Below are positions 1-14,779 of a DNA stretch of 64,000 nucleotides, one piece after another. The first letter of the stretch is position 1. Every line of letters starts with the position of its first letter. Made by a program: the position numbers and the translations under genes. Where the stretch lies: contig NC_045697.1 of the NCBI RefSeq assembly GCF_009834535.1, forward strand, positions 40,426,001 through 40,490,000, in the 5' to 3' direction. The notes under the pieces are model-generated. The model did not search any database, had not been told where the DNA came from, and worked only from the letters and a program-made list of their open reading frames with translations. Origin of the DNA: Camelus ferus. Its lineage: Eukaryota.

Positions 1-119
1 AACCATGTAAATATAACACCCCTCAACAAAATTTCAATTCATTCATTCATTCATTCATTTATATCAATATATTCATTTTCTTTTTCAGCTTCTTTAGGCA
101 AATAAGTTATTGCTTTCTG

Positions 120-555
120 CGGCAACAGTGTCACCCCAGAACCCAGGACTCCTCTGATTCCTATGCAAGGCAAAGGCCCCTCTCTCCTGGGGGCCCTTTT
201 GGGCTGCAGGAACATGCCCTTGCTTGGGAAAGCCACAAGAACCAGGGAGTTAATGTCTCCAAAGGCAGTCTTCAATCAGTGAAGGACGAAAACTCACAGA
301 CCAGTCCCCAGCCTCCTCACTCCTTGGGCTGGACAACTCAGGGTTCTACACCGTTTCCCAGAGTTCTTCACAGGGGCTGAGCCCAGTTACCTCATCAGTG
401 CATTGCTCGCTAGCGCACCCATTATTATTGGCTCTCTTCCTTCTGCTCTAAACTCCCCACCCTCCTGAGAACTTCTGCCTCCTGCTATCACCTGCGCTAT
501 TTGTATTCAAATCCTTTTCTTAAGATCTGCTTCCGGGACACTTATCCTAAGACAC
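120..555 (+). mobile_element. Old ERVL-class LTR (LTR16-like)
   Basis: Its 3' end ...aaatccttttcttaagatctgcttccgggacacttatcctaagaca resembles the recalled LTR16 terminus. Confidence 0.5.
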
Positions 556-2879
556 ATGTCATTTCCACACTGTGAAACTTTTAAGGAGATTCTTCTATAT
601 TTGTAACAAATTCAGGATCTGACAATTTGGTTATTATTCAGTCATTTTTTCAAGACTTTGCTTTTCTCTATCTAAATGAAGGGGCACCTCCCCACACCAG
701 TGTCCCCACCAAAGTGTGGAGTCAAAACAGATGGACAGGATAAATCAGTAATATTAAAATATTCCCTGACTCCTTGAGGCCGTAGGAAATCAGGTCAATT
801 GTTAGCAAAACACTGTTGAAACAAGGTACGTCCATGTCATCTGGTCAATCAGCTCCTTCAAGTCAGAGTGTCACGCAATTGCTTTCTTGTTCTTCTGTGT
901 TCCCATGGTATGTTGTAGTCATTCCCCGAATCTGACCAAAGCATCTGTTTCCCATCCTCCACAGTGTACTTCTACCGGGAATTACCGTTTTTACTTCATA
1001 AGAGTAAATGCATACAGTGCATGGCATTTTTTAAGATGAGGGCTGAAAATAATAATAATGTACTAGTACTTGCTATTCTTAACCCCCACTCCAAAAACCA
1101 CTCAGTACAAACAACTGCTCGACCAGCTCTGTCTGGGAAGAGCAGATTTAGAAAGAAGGGAGACACTATAGACAGTACCACATATGAGAAAGAAAATACA
1201 GCTGTCTCAGCCTGCTCCATTGTGGGATGCTGCAGGACTCTGACTCACTTCGCAACTATTGTCCTTCCTGAATGTAGAAAAAAAACCTAAATAGTCTTTT
1301 ATACAATGAGTTCAGCTCAAGCAAATCTCTCCTGACCCTGCATTGCTCCAGGACTAGATGTCGCCAATGTTAATATCTGTATTGGACACTCTGTGTAATT
1401 CTTTTTCCAAAAGAGCAGACCAAACAATTTGTCAAGTAGAGACAACTCTGTACACACAGTACTGTCCTGTGTAAGCAACAGAGGTAGTGGACAAATGAAA
1501 AGAAGCAAGAACTATTGATGACATTTCAAGAATAAACACATCGTTCCTCCCTAAAAAAGAATATATTTGCAAATAGCACCACCTGCTAAATCTTGCTGGC
1601 CAGGAGAGCAGATCCAAACAGCCCATCCACCTCTCCTGAGGGTACTTGGAGTTTTCATGAAGAAAAGTTCCAGAGTTATAAATAAATGTTCCAAACATCT
1701 CTATAATTACTTGTTACTTTTAAAGTATTGTCTGGGTAGAAATTCATTTGCCTAAAGCATACTTTGCAACTGACCAGTAGTAAGGAATTTAGTCCAAGAA
1801 AGGCACATTTTTACTTTAGTTAAAGTTATAAAAGCACACCCCCCTCTTCTAGAATGTGGGAAACGTTTCCCCTCTAGTTCTACGTTTCCCCAAGAGCGAT
1901 CAGAGGCCGACACGCGGGATCGTGTATCAGCAAGTGACCTCTTCACCAGTCACTTCTCCACAAAACCTACCATTAAAGGACCCTTCCCACGCAAACAAAA
2001 GCACCTTCCGCAAAGAAACCTGTTTGAGGAAACTAATGCCCAAATCTTTTCTCTTTCATCTCCTCATTTTTAGCCTTGGGAATATGCACACTGTTCCAAT
2101 GAGGGAATCCTGGGAGAAAAGAGAAGAGGCCCTTTTTATTTGTTTGTTTTCTGGTCTCTGAATTTAGCCTGAGTGCTTCTACAGTCATCTGCACAGGAGT
2201 TCAAAGTGTGAATCACTGGTCTTCCTGGGCTTTCTGGTCCTGTACAAACTGCCAGTTCTGATGACTTGGCTTTGTGAAAACATCCTGTCCCATGATAACT
2301 TCTCTCATAACACTGAAAGTGAAATGATTGAATCATACTTTTTAAAGACTAGAAAAATAGCTTTTTAAGATAACATTTCCCAGGTACTTGGTAAGATTTG
2401 AGGAAAATATTTCTGTAAACAAAATTTTAAAAATTCACAATGGGAAAAAATGAAGTTAATATACTGACTATTAAAGTCACATTTTTATATGTGGTTCATC
2501 TGGAGCTTTTCTTACAATAAATATTTTTGAAGATGAAATTAACACTTGTCATATTATCTTTAGATCAGTACCGATTCAGAGGCAAAGGGCTATTTTCCTT
2601 AAATATCATGCCATCTAATTAGACTCTGTACTTTTCAATATGAAAAATTCTAATTCCAATAAACATGAAAGTTGATAAACAGCACAATATAGAACAGAAC
2701 TATCACATATAATTTGCTTCTTATCAGTCATTGGGCTATTTATTAAATATTCTTTTGTATCCAGGTTTGCGATGAGCTCTGAGTAAATCTGAAAGAAGTG
2801 TAAAAATAAGATTTAAACCTCAATGGACTTCCTGTGTAACTGGGGGGAAGGGATGCAAAACACAGTTCTGATTATATAT

Positions 2880-3410
2880 CATTTCAAGAACCTCCTACAA
2901 TCCCTCTCTCATCCACCCAAAGGCATCATCACACCCTCCCATGGTACTTAGGGCCCCCCCGCCACGTACCCGATCCCCACAGCTCTCCTTGATAGACTCT
3001 AAAGTCCAGTCAAACCACGGCTACTTGTCACTTTTGGACAGTGCCCTCACCCAGCTCCCTGCCTGTGTGCAGACAGCGCCTGCCAGTTAGGACGCCCTTT
3101 CTCTCCACACCCCCTGTCTTCTGCCTCAGTTCAGCGGAATCATTGTCTCTTCCTCATTCACTTCTGGGTGGAAGGAATTCCTCACTCATCTGAATTTTTT
3201 TAGCTTATCTCTCATTGTGCTTTTCACATTCAACACAGTATTGTAAATACTTGTGTCTATTTCTTATTTGCCTGGCTAAAGGTACCCGAAGGCATTTCAG
3301 ATAGCTTGTTTATCTGCATATCTCCATATACATCGCCTAACTCGGTGTCTGGTTTGTAATATGTCCTCAAACATATAGTAGTTGAATAGAGGAAGGAATG
3401 AATAAATGAG
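2880..3410 (+). mobile_element. L2 3' fragment
   Basis: Degenerate L2 3' end terminating ...ctcaaacatatagtagttgaatagaggaaggaatgaataaatg. Confidence 0.45.
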
Positions 3411-3819
3411 TACCTGAAACAATGAGGGAATAATTAAGAATAATAATTGTGTCACAGTGGACGGAGAGTATAAAGTAGTTGTGTCACAATGGACGCAGAG
3501 TACTAGTAGGGGAAAGGGAAACTGAAGGAGGGAGTGCAATAGCTTGAGCATGGGCTGGAAGAGTCTAAGAAGACTAGAGGGAGGGTTTAAACCTGAAATC
3601 AGGATGATCATGTCACACAGTGGCACCAGAGAGTCTCAGAACCATCTGGACTAGGAGTCTGGCTGACCAATCAGAAGAGGAGAAGAAAGGAATCATAAGG
3701 TAGGTCGTGAGAGGAGAGTTTCAGGAATTACCTCGTGTAAGGCCACAAGATAAAACCTGCTTAGCTGGGATCCCAGAAATTAAGTGCTGCTACTAGGACA
3801 CAGGCTGTTTGTAGAGAAG

Positions 3820-4040
3820 TAACGCATTCAGGGCAAAAGGATGGGTTTTGAATTAAGAAGGGCTGGGTTTGACTTCAATTTCACTATCGTTTTTGTTGGG
3901 CATAGGATTCTCTAATTCTCCATTTTCTCATCCATAAAATCGGAGTTACAATTCCCACCCAGTTGGGTTGCTGTGCAGGTTCAGTAAGATGATACACGGA
4001 AAGTTCTGGGCACAGAGGAGCTGAGTAAGTGGCAGCTCTC
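3820..4040 (+). mobile_element. MIR SINE
   Basis: MIR core ctccattttctcatccataaaatcggag...ggttgctgtgcaggttcagtaagatgat. Confidence 0.6.
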
Positions 4041-6264
4041 GTGAATTTGCTCTGGGCTCCAATTTGAAGACTTGTTAGGTCCGATTGCTCTTAAGTCCAT
4101 TTGTGGCCAGAGGTGCCTCTGGGACTTGAAGCCTGGTCCTTATTGTTTCACAAGAAGGATTTCTGGAATTGAGGTGGAGATCCCAATAGAAGTAATGATG
4201 ATTACGTTGACAAAAGAATTTATAGCAGCTAATAATTATTGAGCAACCGTGCTAAGTGCCTCATAAGAATTACTGCCTTTAATCCCAACAAAAATGCGTG
4301 TGGTAAATAAAACAAGTATTTGGGTTTTTTCATGGGGATCCTCTTGGAAGAAAATGTGCCTGGATCTTAGGAATCCCAGTCCCTGGAGTATAGCAGAAGC
4401 CAGAACAGGGAGTCCAGGAGCAGTGAGAAGGCACGCAGATTCGGAGGCTCACCCTAACAATGGCATCCGGGATACAGTAGTTAAAAGGCGTGGTAACCTC
4501 AGATCAGACCCAGGCAGGCCTGCATACCAGGGACAGGGAAATCCAGGCAACAGGCACTACTCACAGCTGGACAGGCGGTGGCACTGTGATTCTTAGCAGG
4601 ACCCGTACGGTAGCTGGACAGTACAGGAAGCATGAAACAGCCTTCTTGGGGAAGGAATTTGGCAAGAGGTAGGCAGGCTATACAGACCCTATCTCATGAA
4701 TTAGAGCAAAGGCGGCAAAATTTGTTTCTCTTGTACAATTTCTGAGGAAGTAAATAGTTGTCCAAAGCCTTGTTTGGTTTGAGACCAAACTTAGGCTAAG
4801 CAATAAAGAATATCATGGTCAATTAGCGATGTCTGCCATGAGCATCAGGAGAAGAAGGGGCAGCAGACCACTTCTGACTCTTGGGTTTAATAGAAGAATC
4901 AGGACAGACTTGAAGGAAGAAGGAGAGGAACTATATAAAAAGAGACCATTATAAAGGGACCACGCACAGATTTTAGGGGACACAGGGAAGGAGAGAAAGT
5001 GACTTAGGGCTGATCAGTCCTGTTCAGAAATGAATAGAGGGAGTATGCCAAGGGCAATTACATATACCTCCTTTCCCCATTCTATTGCCTTCTTAAGAAT
5101 TGACTGTAGCATTCTAATGCCCCAGCAAGCCATGTCTCCCCAAAGTAAGGGCTTGGAGTTGGGTGCCCCATATTTCCAGTTTGCTGTTTATAAAGATCCA
5201 TGAGCTTCTCAGAAAAAAATTCAATATACGTTCTCAGGAGATAATGATACTGGAAAAAAATATATATAGACAAACAAAAAGAAGTTAAACATTAATTTTT
5301 ATTATTTTCATAACAAAATTTGGTGGTGCTATTGTTTTGAAATACATCAAAAGAATTGTATTTTGCTGTGTTCTCTTTTGAGACCTATATTTAACTTTCA
5401 ATATATATGTATTTATTTATTTTAGTAAGAAAGAACACAAATGCCAACAGCAAGAAGAAAACATCTCAAAAGTCTTTCAATATATATTATAGTAAATTAT
5501 TCTTTTTTTTAAGTGAGGAACAGGGAGGTGGATATTTGAAGCTTTTTTTTCCTCCCTGAAACCACATTCCTGTGGCATTACTCAAATTAAATCTTGCAGT
5601 CATTGAAAGTGGAAAGAGAAAATAACTATATTAAAACCAAACAGAAAATGAATCTGGATCTTTTTATTATATTTTTCTAGGTCTGTACTTCCCAACCTGT
5701 TCTGTTTGTGAAAATAGACAAATATAACTGTCCACCAGAAGAAACAGCTGTCAGTCTTACAAGCCATTTCTTAAAGCAGACTTTGTTTTGAGGGACCAAG
5801 AGTAAGGTGACTATATGTAGAAATGCTTATTTGAAAATCCTTGTTCTATTTGTGTGGTAACCTCCCAATTTATGTCTTACTTGAGGAAAGAGAAAGAAAG
5901 CCACATATGAAACAGATTTTTAAAACACGTTTTTTTTGGAAAAGAAAAAGTCATGTCAGAAAAGAAAGCAGTATAGTTAGAATGATCACATAGTTTTTCT
6001 AATTGTCTTTTGATTTAACGACTTTTGAATAATTTTTAAATAGTCAAACTGCTGTACTATTTAACATAACAGAATTCTATCAACATGCATAGAGCAACAA
6101 GCATGACGTATTATCTACAAAGTGAATTTATGAATAGACGGCAACAAATAAAGATGTAAAACCAAAGCAATATTTATTGTCTTCATCTTTTGTGCATGCA
6201 AACACACGTATCCATAGAGTTCATTTTTCCCTTTCATTTACTCATTCACTTAAAAAGCATTTTT

Positions 6265-6684
6265 AGAGGGTTGAATGGTGCCCCTTCCCAGAAAGATAGG
6301 TCTCTACCTGGAACTTGTGAATGTAGCCTTGTTTTGGAAAAAGGTCCTTGCAGATGTGATTGAGCTAAGGGTCTTGAGATGAAATCATCCTGGATTATCC
6401 AGAGGGACCCTAAACCCAATGACAAGTATCCTTGTAAGAGACAGAAGAGAAGACAGAGAGAGAAGAGGAGAGGGCCGTATGAAGATGGAGGCAGAGATTG
6501 GAGTTTTGCACACACAAGCCAAGGAGCTACCAGAAGCTCAAAGAGATAAGCAAGGATTCTCCCCCGGAGCCTTCAGGAAGAGTGCCTTGATTTCAGATGT
6601 CTGGCCTCCAGAACTGGGAGAGAATAAATTTCTGTTGTTGTACCAGCTTGTAGTAATTTGTTGGCAGCCCTAGGAATCTAACAC
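6265..6684 (+). mobile_element. MaLR solo LTR (MLT1-type)
   Basis: ggttgaatggtgcccc...gcagatgtgattgagctaagg...gaagatggaggcagagattggag...ctggcctccagaactgggagagaataaatttctgttg...ggcagccctaggaatctaacaca. Confidence 0.85.
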
Positions 6685-8099
6685 AGCACCTTTCTTGAGC
6701 TACGTATATTGTTAGTCAAGAATACATCTGTGAATGAGATATCATCTTGCCCTCAAGGCAATCACAGTTTGGTTGGTGCATGAAACAGGCTTTTAATAAT
6801 GTGTGTTCTAAGCGAAGTTTAGGCCAACAGTCGGTGGGAGTCTCAGTTACTGAAAGCCTTCCATCGTGCGTGAGTGCACTGGAAAGGCTCGGGTACCTAA
6901 GAAGTAGCTCAAGATGCTGGGGATGCTTGGGGAAGCCTCCTAGAGGAAGCAGCATCTTAGCTAGCCTTGAAGAATGTGCAGGAATTTTCATGATAAAAGG
7001 TTGGAAAGCAGGCTGTATAGGAGATCTCAAACTGAAGGAATTGAAAATATAAAATGCACAAAAATATGTCAAGGCAAGATAGAGAAGTTTCCACCTTAGC
7101 ATGAGACAAGTCCATAAACACATTTGTTGAACCTGAATTGCAAGAGGCACATCCCCCAGCTGAGGAGTTGCGGTATTGAGTGAAGGGGGATTAGGATGTT
7201 TGCCGGGATGTCAAGCGGTGGGGAGAAGGGATGGGCGGCAAGGGAGAACTGTAATCAGGGAAAGGACAAGATCCAAGTTGATTTTAGGAAAACAACTCTA
7301 GTCGGATTTTTATATCAGTTTTTAATTCATGTTTTCACCTGTAAGTTTCCCTTTTATCATTTCCTATTCATGAAGATATAAGCTTCTTATCTTCCTTGAC
7401 TGGAGGAAGGTTTGAGGGTGCCTACTTGGATTTTTTTTTTTTTTTCAAAATCTTAAATTGACTGAGAGGATGGGTTTGAGGCAAGCAACTTTTAGAAAAT
7501 GAGAAATAGGAAGAGAGAGAAATGAGAGGTTTTATTTCTGAGGCTAAAAAAAAGTATGAAGCAGCTCTTCTTAGGCCCTGATCAACAGACAGCCCAGGGC
7601 TGCGATCCTTGGGAGACACGAAGCCCAGGTGAACACCAGGTTCGCTCTGACTTACTGAGCATGATTCCAGATTGAGGCCCAGGGAAACGGAGCCTGAACA
7701 GAGCGCAGCAGTCTTGCCGTCCACATGACACAGAGGTTGAAATCTGGGACTAGTGAAGTGGCTGGCATTTGCATCTCAGGGCACCAGAAATAAAGGAGTT
7801 GCAGAGAAGGAGCTCCAGAAATCTGGGCTGCTGTCCTCTTAAATCTTTGACTGAGTACTTTTGTGTACATGTGGTCAAACCCAGAGAGGCCTAGTGGAGG
7901 AGCTACTTCGGGACTGCGAGCTGAATGGAAATCCCAGAAAATACAGTGCTGGGAGACAGTGGAATGAACGCCCACAAGCCAGGGCTGAAGGCCCACAAGG
8001 ATCATGGTTTAGGAGGAGGACTCCTCCAGCCCTCGCATTAGGGACACCCTGGCCCCGCTCTCACCCACTTAAACCCAAGCCTTGGGAAGAACATGCTGA

Positions 8100-9870
8100 G
8101 CTGCCAGTAAATTAATTCTTTGCCAGCATAAGACCCAACATTCCTTATAGGAAGACACATCCAGAATCTCAACAATATAGCATTCCACTATCCATAATGA
8201 AATTTTAAAAATTACTAGGCATGTGAAGAATCAGAAAAATATGACCAAAATGTGAGGGGGAAAATGCAGTAAAATAGATCCAGAGATGACAGACATGTTG
8301 GAATTAGCAGATGAGGACTTCAGGCAACTGTTATAAAAATGACCAAAAATCTAAGGACAGAGATAAATATATAAGTGAACAGATATGAGCGCTCAGTAAA
8401 CAAATGGAAGCTAAGAGATAGACAGGAAAGCAAATGAAAATTGTCAAAAGAAAATTTATTTGAAATTTAGGGATATTTGCTGAATTGGGCTTAATAGAAG
8501 TTTGGATGCTACAAAAGATTTTGAAGACAGGTACATACAAACTATGTAAACTGAAGCACATACAATAAAGAAAGTTGGGCCAGAAAAAAAAAAAAAAAAA
8601 AAAAAAAAGAATAGCGCTTCAGTGACCTGTGGGGTATAACATCCGTGGAACAGAAGTCCCAGAAGCAGAAGAGAGCTGCTGGCAGAGAAAAAAAAATTTA
8701 AGAGAAATAATAGTAAAAGAAATCCTCAACTTTAATGAAAAGTAAAAACACAGAGAATATTGTCCATCGCCAAATAACTAATGCTCCCCCAGACATCTAT
8801 TCATCTCCTCAGCAAGAACCGAACATTTTAAAACTGAGTTTTGAAAGTCCCAACTCCTCATTCTGGCCATGATGGAGGTATGAACTACAAACAGCATAAA
8901 CACAAAGAAAACCACATCTAGGCATATAGTGCTTTAAGCCAAATTAAAAATAAAAATTTCAAAACATTCAGAAGAAAAAGACATATTACATACAGGAAAG
9001 TAACAATAGAATAACCACTGCCTTCTCATCAGAAACAATACAAGGCAGAAAATAATGGAATGGCAATTTTAAAATGCAAAATAAGAAATAAACTATGAAT
9101 TTAGAATTTAAATCAGGCAACATTTTTCACCAAAACTTAAATCCAATGAAGATATTTTCAGGTAACCAAAGTGATGACCTGCACTACAAGAAATGTTAAA
9201 CAAACTTATTTAGGTTAAAGGGAAATTATGCCAGATAGAAACTCAAATGTACATGAACGAATAAAGAACACTAGACATTATTCTACTTCCTTAACTTCTT
9301 TAAAAAGAAATGAATTATTTGAAACCAATAATGTGTGGTGGAATTTATAACATGTAGAAGTAAGAGACGTGATAAATAGCACAAAGGAGGGGAGAGGGAA
9401 ATGGAAGTACTTTTGCATATGGTTTTTACATTAAACGTGAAGTGTTACACTATCAATTCAAGGTGTGCTGTAATAGGTGAGGATGTATACTGTAACCCCT
9501 AAAGGAACCATTAAAGAAACAAGACAGTGAGCTCATAGGCCAAAGAGGAGATAAAAATGTAATACTAAGAAATACTCAGTTAAAAAGAAGACAGGAAAAG
9601 ATGGAAAAAGAAAAAGGATAGATGGGGCAAGAAAAACAAATAGTAAGATGATAAAGTTAAACCTAACCATATCAGTCATGTTAAATGTAGAGTTACTAGA
9701 CAGCCTATTAAAAAGCAGAGAAGCAAGATCCAACTATATGCTGCTTTTAAGAGATTCTCTTCAAATATAAAGACATATGTTAAAAGTAAAAGGATAGAAA
9801 AAAAGAGAAATACCATGAAATACAAAGCATAAGGAAGCTGGAATGGTTATACACATATCAGACAAAGTAT
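8100..9870 (+). mobile_element. Old, degraded L1 (ORF1, inter-ORF and endonuclease-start remnants)
   Basis: A-rich; ORF1-like aaaaccacatctaggcatat...ttctcatcagaaacaatacaaggcagaaaataatggaatggcaattttaaaatgc; EN-like gatccaactatatgctgcttttaagaga...atatcagacaaagt. Confidence 0.7.
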
Positions 9871-11275
9871 ACCATTTATGATAGCATCAAAAATAATAAA
9901 ATACTTGGGACTAAATTTAACCAAGGAGCTGAAAGACCTAGACACTGAAAACTATAAGACATTGATGAAAGAAAGTAAAGAAGTCACAAATAAATGGAAA
10001 AATAACCTGTGCTCATGGGTTGAAAGAAATAGTGTTGTTAAAATATCCATACTATCTAAAACAATCTACAGATTCAAGTAAATCCCTGTCAAAGTCCCAA
10101 TGGCATCTTTCACAAAAATAGAACAAACAGTCCTAAAATTTGTATGGAATTACAAAAGAACCCAAATAGCCAAAGCAATCCTGAGAAAGACGAGCAAAGC
10201 TGGAGGCATCATACTTCCTAATTTCAAACTATATTACAAAGCTGTACAAATCAAAACGGTATAGTACTGGCATAAAAACAGGAACATAGACCAGTGGAAT
10301 AGAACTGAGCCAGAAATAAACCCATGCACGTATGGTCAACTAATTATTGACAAGGGCACCAGGAACACACGATGGGGAAAGGATAGTCTCTTCAATGAAT
10401 GGTGCCAGGAAAACTGGATATTCACATGCAAAAGAATGAAAATAGACCTCTATCTTACACCACTCACAAAAATTAACTAAAAATGGATTAAAGACTTAGA
10501 TGTAAGATCTGAAATTATAAAACTCCTGGAAGAAATGATATGGGGTAAACTCCTTAACATCAGTCTTGGCAATGATGTCTTGGATAAGACCTCAAAAGCA
10601 CAGGCAACAAAAGCTAAAATAAACAAGTGGAACTACATGAAACTAGAGAGCTTCTGCACAGCAAAAGAAACAGTCAATAAATTTAAATGGCAACCAACAG
10701 AATGAGAAAAAATATTTGCAAACCATATATCTAATAAGGGGTTAATATCCAAAACACATAGAACTTATACAACTCAATAGCAAAAAGCAAATAGTCCAAT
10801 ATGAAAATGGGCAGAGGACCTGAGGACATTTTCCAAGGAAACATACAAATGGCCAACAGCCACATGAAGAGGTGTTCAACTTCACTAGTCATCAGAGAAA
10901 TGCAGATCAGAACCATAATGAGATATTAGCTCAGACCTGTTAGGATGGCCATTATCAAAAAGACGAAAGAGAATAAATGTTAGCAAGGATGTGAAGAAGA
11001 AAAGGCAGCCCTTATACACTGTTGTGGTCATCGGCACAGCCAATTTTGAAAATTATGAAAAACAGTATGGTGGTTCCACAGAAAGTTAAAACTAGAACTA
11101 CCATATGATCCAGCAACCACATTCCTGAGTATGTCCAAAGGAACTGAAATCACTATCTCTACAAGATATCTTCACTTCTGTGTTCATTGCAGCATTGTTT
11201 ACAATGGTCAAGATACGGAAACAGCTTAAATGTCCTTCAACAGATGAATGGATAAAGAAAGTGTGAGATTTATAT
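9871..11275 (+). mobile_element. L1 ORF2 3' half (L1MA-like), disrupted
   Basis: ORF 9878..10081 reads [32 protein letters not shown]. Further canonical ORF2 DNA follows (gctggaggcatcatacttcctaatttcaaactatattacaaagc; ccatatgatccagcaa; acagatgaatggataaagaaa). Confidence 0.92.
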
Positions 11276-12609
11276 ACGTGTGTATGTATATATACAAATT
11301 TGGAAAAAACAAAATTAAATTTAAAATCTCATCAAACTGTACACTCAAGATATGTGCATCTACTCTATGTAAAGTACCTGTCAATTAAAAAAAACCTTTT
11401 AAACTTTTGTCTTGCTTTTGTTATCTTTTCTCAATCAAGATTTTTATTAGAAGTTGTAAATATGTATCTGGACAAGTAGTAATATGTGAAATGCTTGTAA
11501 ATAAACTAAAACCACGAAGGACTAGCTGTGGCTACAATGTTAGATGTGTTGAGGCAGTTGGAACATGTGAAAAATTTTGATTTTGAAAGTTTTAAGGCTT
11601 AGTTGTCTTAAATAAAAGAGGAAAAGTGAGACTAAGTTTGCCAGTTTCTATTATACGTTTTTTACGCTCGGTGTTTTTATTTTGTGCCTGGGTAGGACAA
11701 TGTCAGTGCTTTAAGTAATCTCACACACATTGAAGCACTGGATGATAAAACAAAATGCAATTCATGAATTTCCCAACTGATCTATCCTTTCATAGACATT
11801 ATTTCATTTGGCTATGGGTGTAATCTTTATAAAGTAGAAGTACATAGTGGAAGTATGAAAAAGAAGTTTATGCTCCCCGCATTTGTCTGAGACCCCTGGC
11901 TACCCTAGATATACACTTTCTCTTTAATCTTTTCCAAATCAGTCTTTCTCTCTACCTCATCAAAATGTATCAGTCAAGGTTAAAGGAAAACAGCATGGGT
12001 TCTATATTTAGATGGAAGACTTAAAGAGGTACTTGCAATAAGCCATTATAACTACTATTGTTACAAGTGGTTTTGTTGGATTACAGAGGAAGATCTCCTT
12101 GAAGTGTTTTCTAAACATAAATCAAATTCAGAACATGTTTTTCCCCCAGCTAGTATAGCTTACTTCCCTGAAACACACGAGCATATCAAGTGCAATGTGA
12201 AACCTTTTGAGTCCTTTTATATTCATTTATGCTTGTCCAAACATTATTCTCAAGTAATTACTTCCAGGGAAATGTTCTCCTGAGCTTTTCCCCTTAAGGA
12301 AGTTGAAGTAAAAAGGTCAAATTATAGTCAGACTATTTAATTCAGAGTTGTAACATGATCAAATCTCATTTTAAAATATTTTTTTCTCTAGATCTTTAGA
12401 ATATATATTTTCTTTCTCCCACTTCTTCATTCTGTATCATCCTTCAAGATTGTACTACTCTGTCAATATTGCAGATTTTAACCAAATAAACTGCAATAGA
12501 CTTTGATGAAAATATAAACAGGTTAGAAATTTGAGAATGTACCTAATATAAGATCCGCATCATAGAAATGTATAACATATATAATGAAAGTTTTTGCCTT
12601 AGCAAAATA

Positions 12610-14740
12610 TTTCAGGCAACCATCTCCATTTCCTTTTACCTGGAAATGGGAGAGAGAGGAGTTGCCTATAACTGATGGTCTCGACATCATCCTTGTTCTC
12701 TTATCATCTGGTTTTGACCAGTGGGAAGCAGCATACCAGGAGATAAGATGGTGGGAGGAGAGAGAGGTCAGGGTATTAACCTACCCACTCCCTCCCTGTC
12801 CTGCTGTGTTTGGGGCAATGGTTGCCAAAACCTATCAGAAACAGCCTCTCTTCCCAGAGCTCAACTTCTTCCCAGGCTTGGCAACAGTATTTCATCCTCT
12901 TGTCCCTTCGGGTCTCTTAGTGGTAACTAATGGTTGCAAAAACCTTACTGCCTCACCATCAGTTGTTGAATTTTACCCATACCTATACCTCTGTAAACAA
13001 TCCCTTCATTAAGTTCTCTTTAAGGGCAATATCTATTTCCTCCTTGAACACTGACTGACAGAAATGGGCTCCCAATGTAGGTTCCGGACTGGTTGCCTTC
13101 AGCCCCAGATAATTTCCTTAACAAAAGGAAATGTACCATAGGTAAGCTGTAGCATGCAAAAGCGTTATGTTAACTCAGATTATCACCAACAGTAGCATGG
13201 GGTAGAGTACAAGCAGAGAACGAGGCTTGGACACTTACTGTTACTGCCTCAATGATAATCATGCATCTGTGGAGGTGACAGAGCTACTTATGACTGCCTT
13301 GGAAAGCTTTTTTGGTAAAAAGGATAAATCCTTGAACATCCAAATTAAGGTTTAGGGGGGATCAGAATGCCCCTATGATGTCCTTAAAGAACATCTTTGT
13401 TTCATGCAACTGTAAGAAAGACGTAGCTAAGGATCTACCCAAGACCTGATTGTATAGGTTGTAGAGTTTACAAAAGCAGCTAACCAAGCAATCTTATCAA
13501 GTTATACCAAGGGGAAGGTCTTAGGTGGGGAAAAATGGAACTGAGAATGTATGGGAGCATTCGGGCAGAAACAGACCCTGCTGAGAACTCTAAAACCACA
13601 AAGTTTCTCTGAATCTTCCTAGCCAACTAAAGCAGGCTTTCACTTTCTTTAAAAGAACAGACTTCCCCTGCATGAAATAATTTCAAAAACACCTATGGCG
13701 TTTTTCTTCAAGACGGGTACCTATTCTCTTCAAGATCCACCCTACACCCCATTTCTTCCAGATCAATAGTAGATCCCAGCATAGTCTAGATAGAAGAAGG
13801 TCTGCTCCGTAAGGAGATGGCATGGATGGACACTGAAGAAATTATAAGATCTTACTAATTAATTGTAGTGGCGATTCTGGAGACATTGCATGGAAGTAGA
13901 TTCCAAAGGTGTTAAAACAAGGAGAATGACATGTGCAATTGATTAGACCAAATTCATCAATGGGGGTGCACATCCCCGCAAATTTGGACTTAATATGCTG
14001 CTTTAACAACTTAGAAATGGCACCAAGAATTTACTGAATTGTTAAACAAAGCCTTGATTCAGTGGTAACTTACACCAGTATGGCTAAGAAATTCTGGCAT
14101 ACTGTAGAGAAAGGATTGCAAGGCTTAAGGATGTGAGAATATTAGAAAGATCTATTTCTTTCTTTTTTTTCTATTAGAAAATAATAATATTCTATTTGTT
14201 TAATCTGCTCACCCTAATGATACCCTCCAGAGGGATTGGTGGACCCCTCTTCCCCAAGACATTTTTTGGTGATAGCAGCCTTTGAAAACAGGTCTGGTTT
14301 GTCCCTAGAACTGGGTAGAAATTGAATTCCTTAGCCTAGCCCAGAAAGCAATTTTGTAACCTGATCTTCCTGTCATGAACTGACGTTATCTGTTCCACAA
14401 GTCATAAAGTTGGACTTGGACAACATCATTCTATTACTACATGGAAATGGTGTATGAGACCTTGTATAAGTGAGTTCATAAAGAACAAATGAATTACATA
14501 AGCAGGTGGCTGTGTGTCTCACTAGGCACTGATAACAAAATTCTCTCCCTTGGAGCCTTCAGACCTAAGAGTACAACAGGTCCCACATTGCTAGTCCCTG
14601 GATACCTCACCATTCTTTGGGGATTGTTAGTCCTGCCCATACCTCTGTGGGTAATCTCTTCACTACGTTTTTTTCCCCAGTTAAACTTCTTTTGAGTAAA
14701 CTAGCTGTCTGTTACCTACTGGGACCCTGACTGATTCACT
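12610..14740 (+). mobile_element. Ancient ERVL provirus relic with LTR33-like ends
   Basis: Two similar LTR 3' termini (...tcccttcattaag...cactgactgaca at ~13060 and ...ttaaacttc...gggaccctgactgattca at ~14738) flank degraded gag-like internal sequence. Confidence 0.55.
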
Positions 14741-14777
14741 GCACAAAATACATGCCCACACATGAGCATGCAGGTGT

Positions 14778-14779
<2 letters not shown>

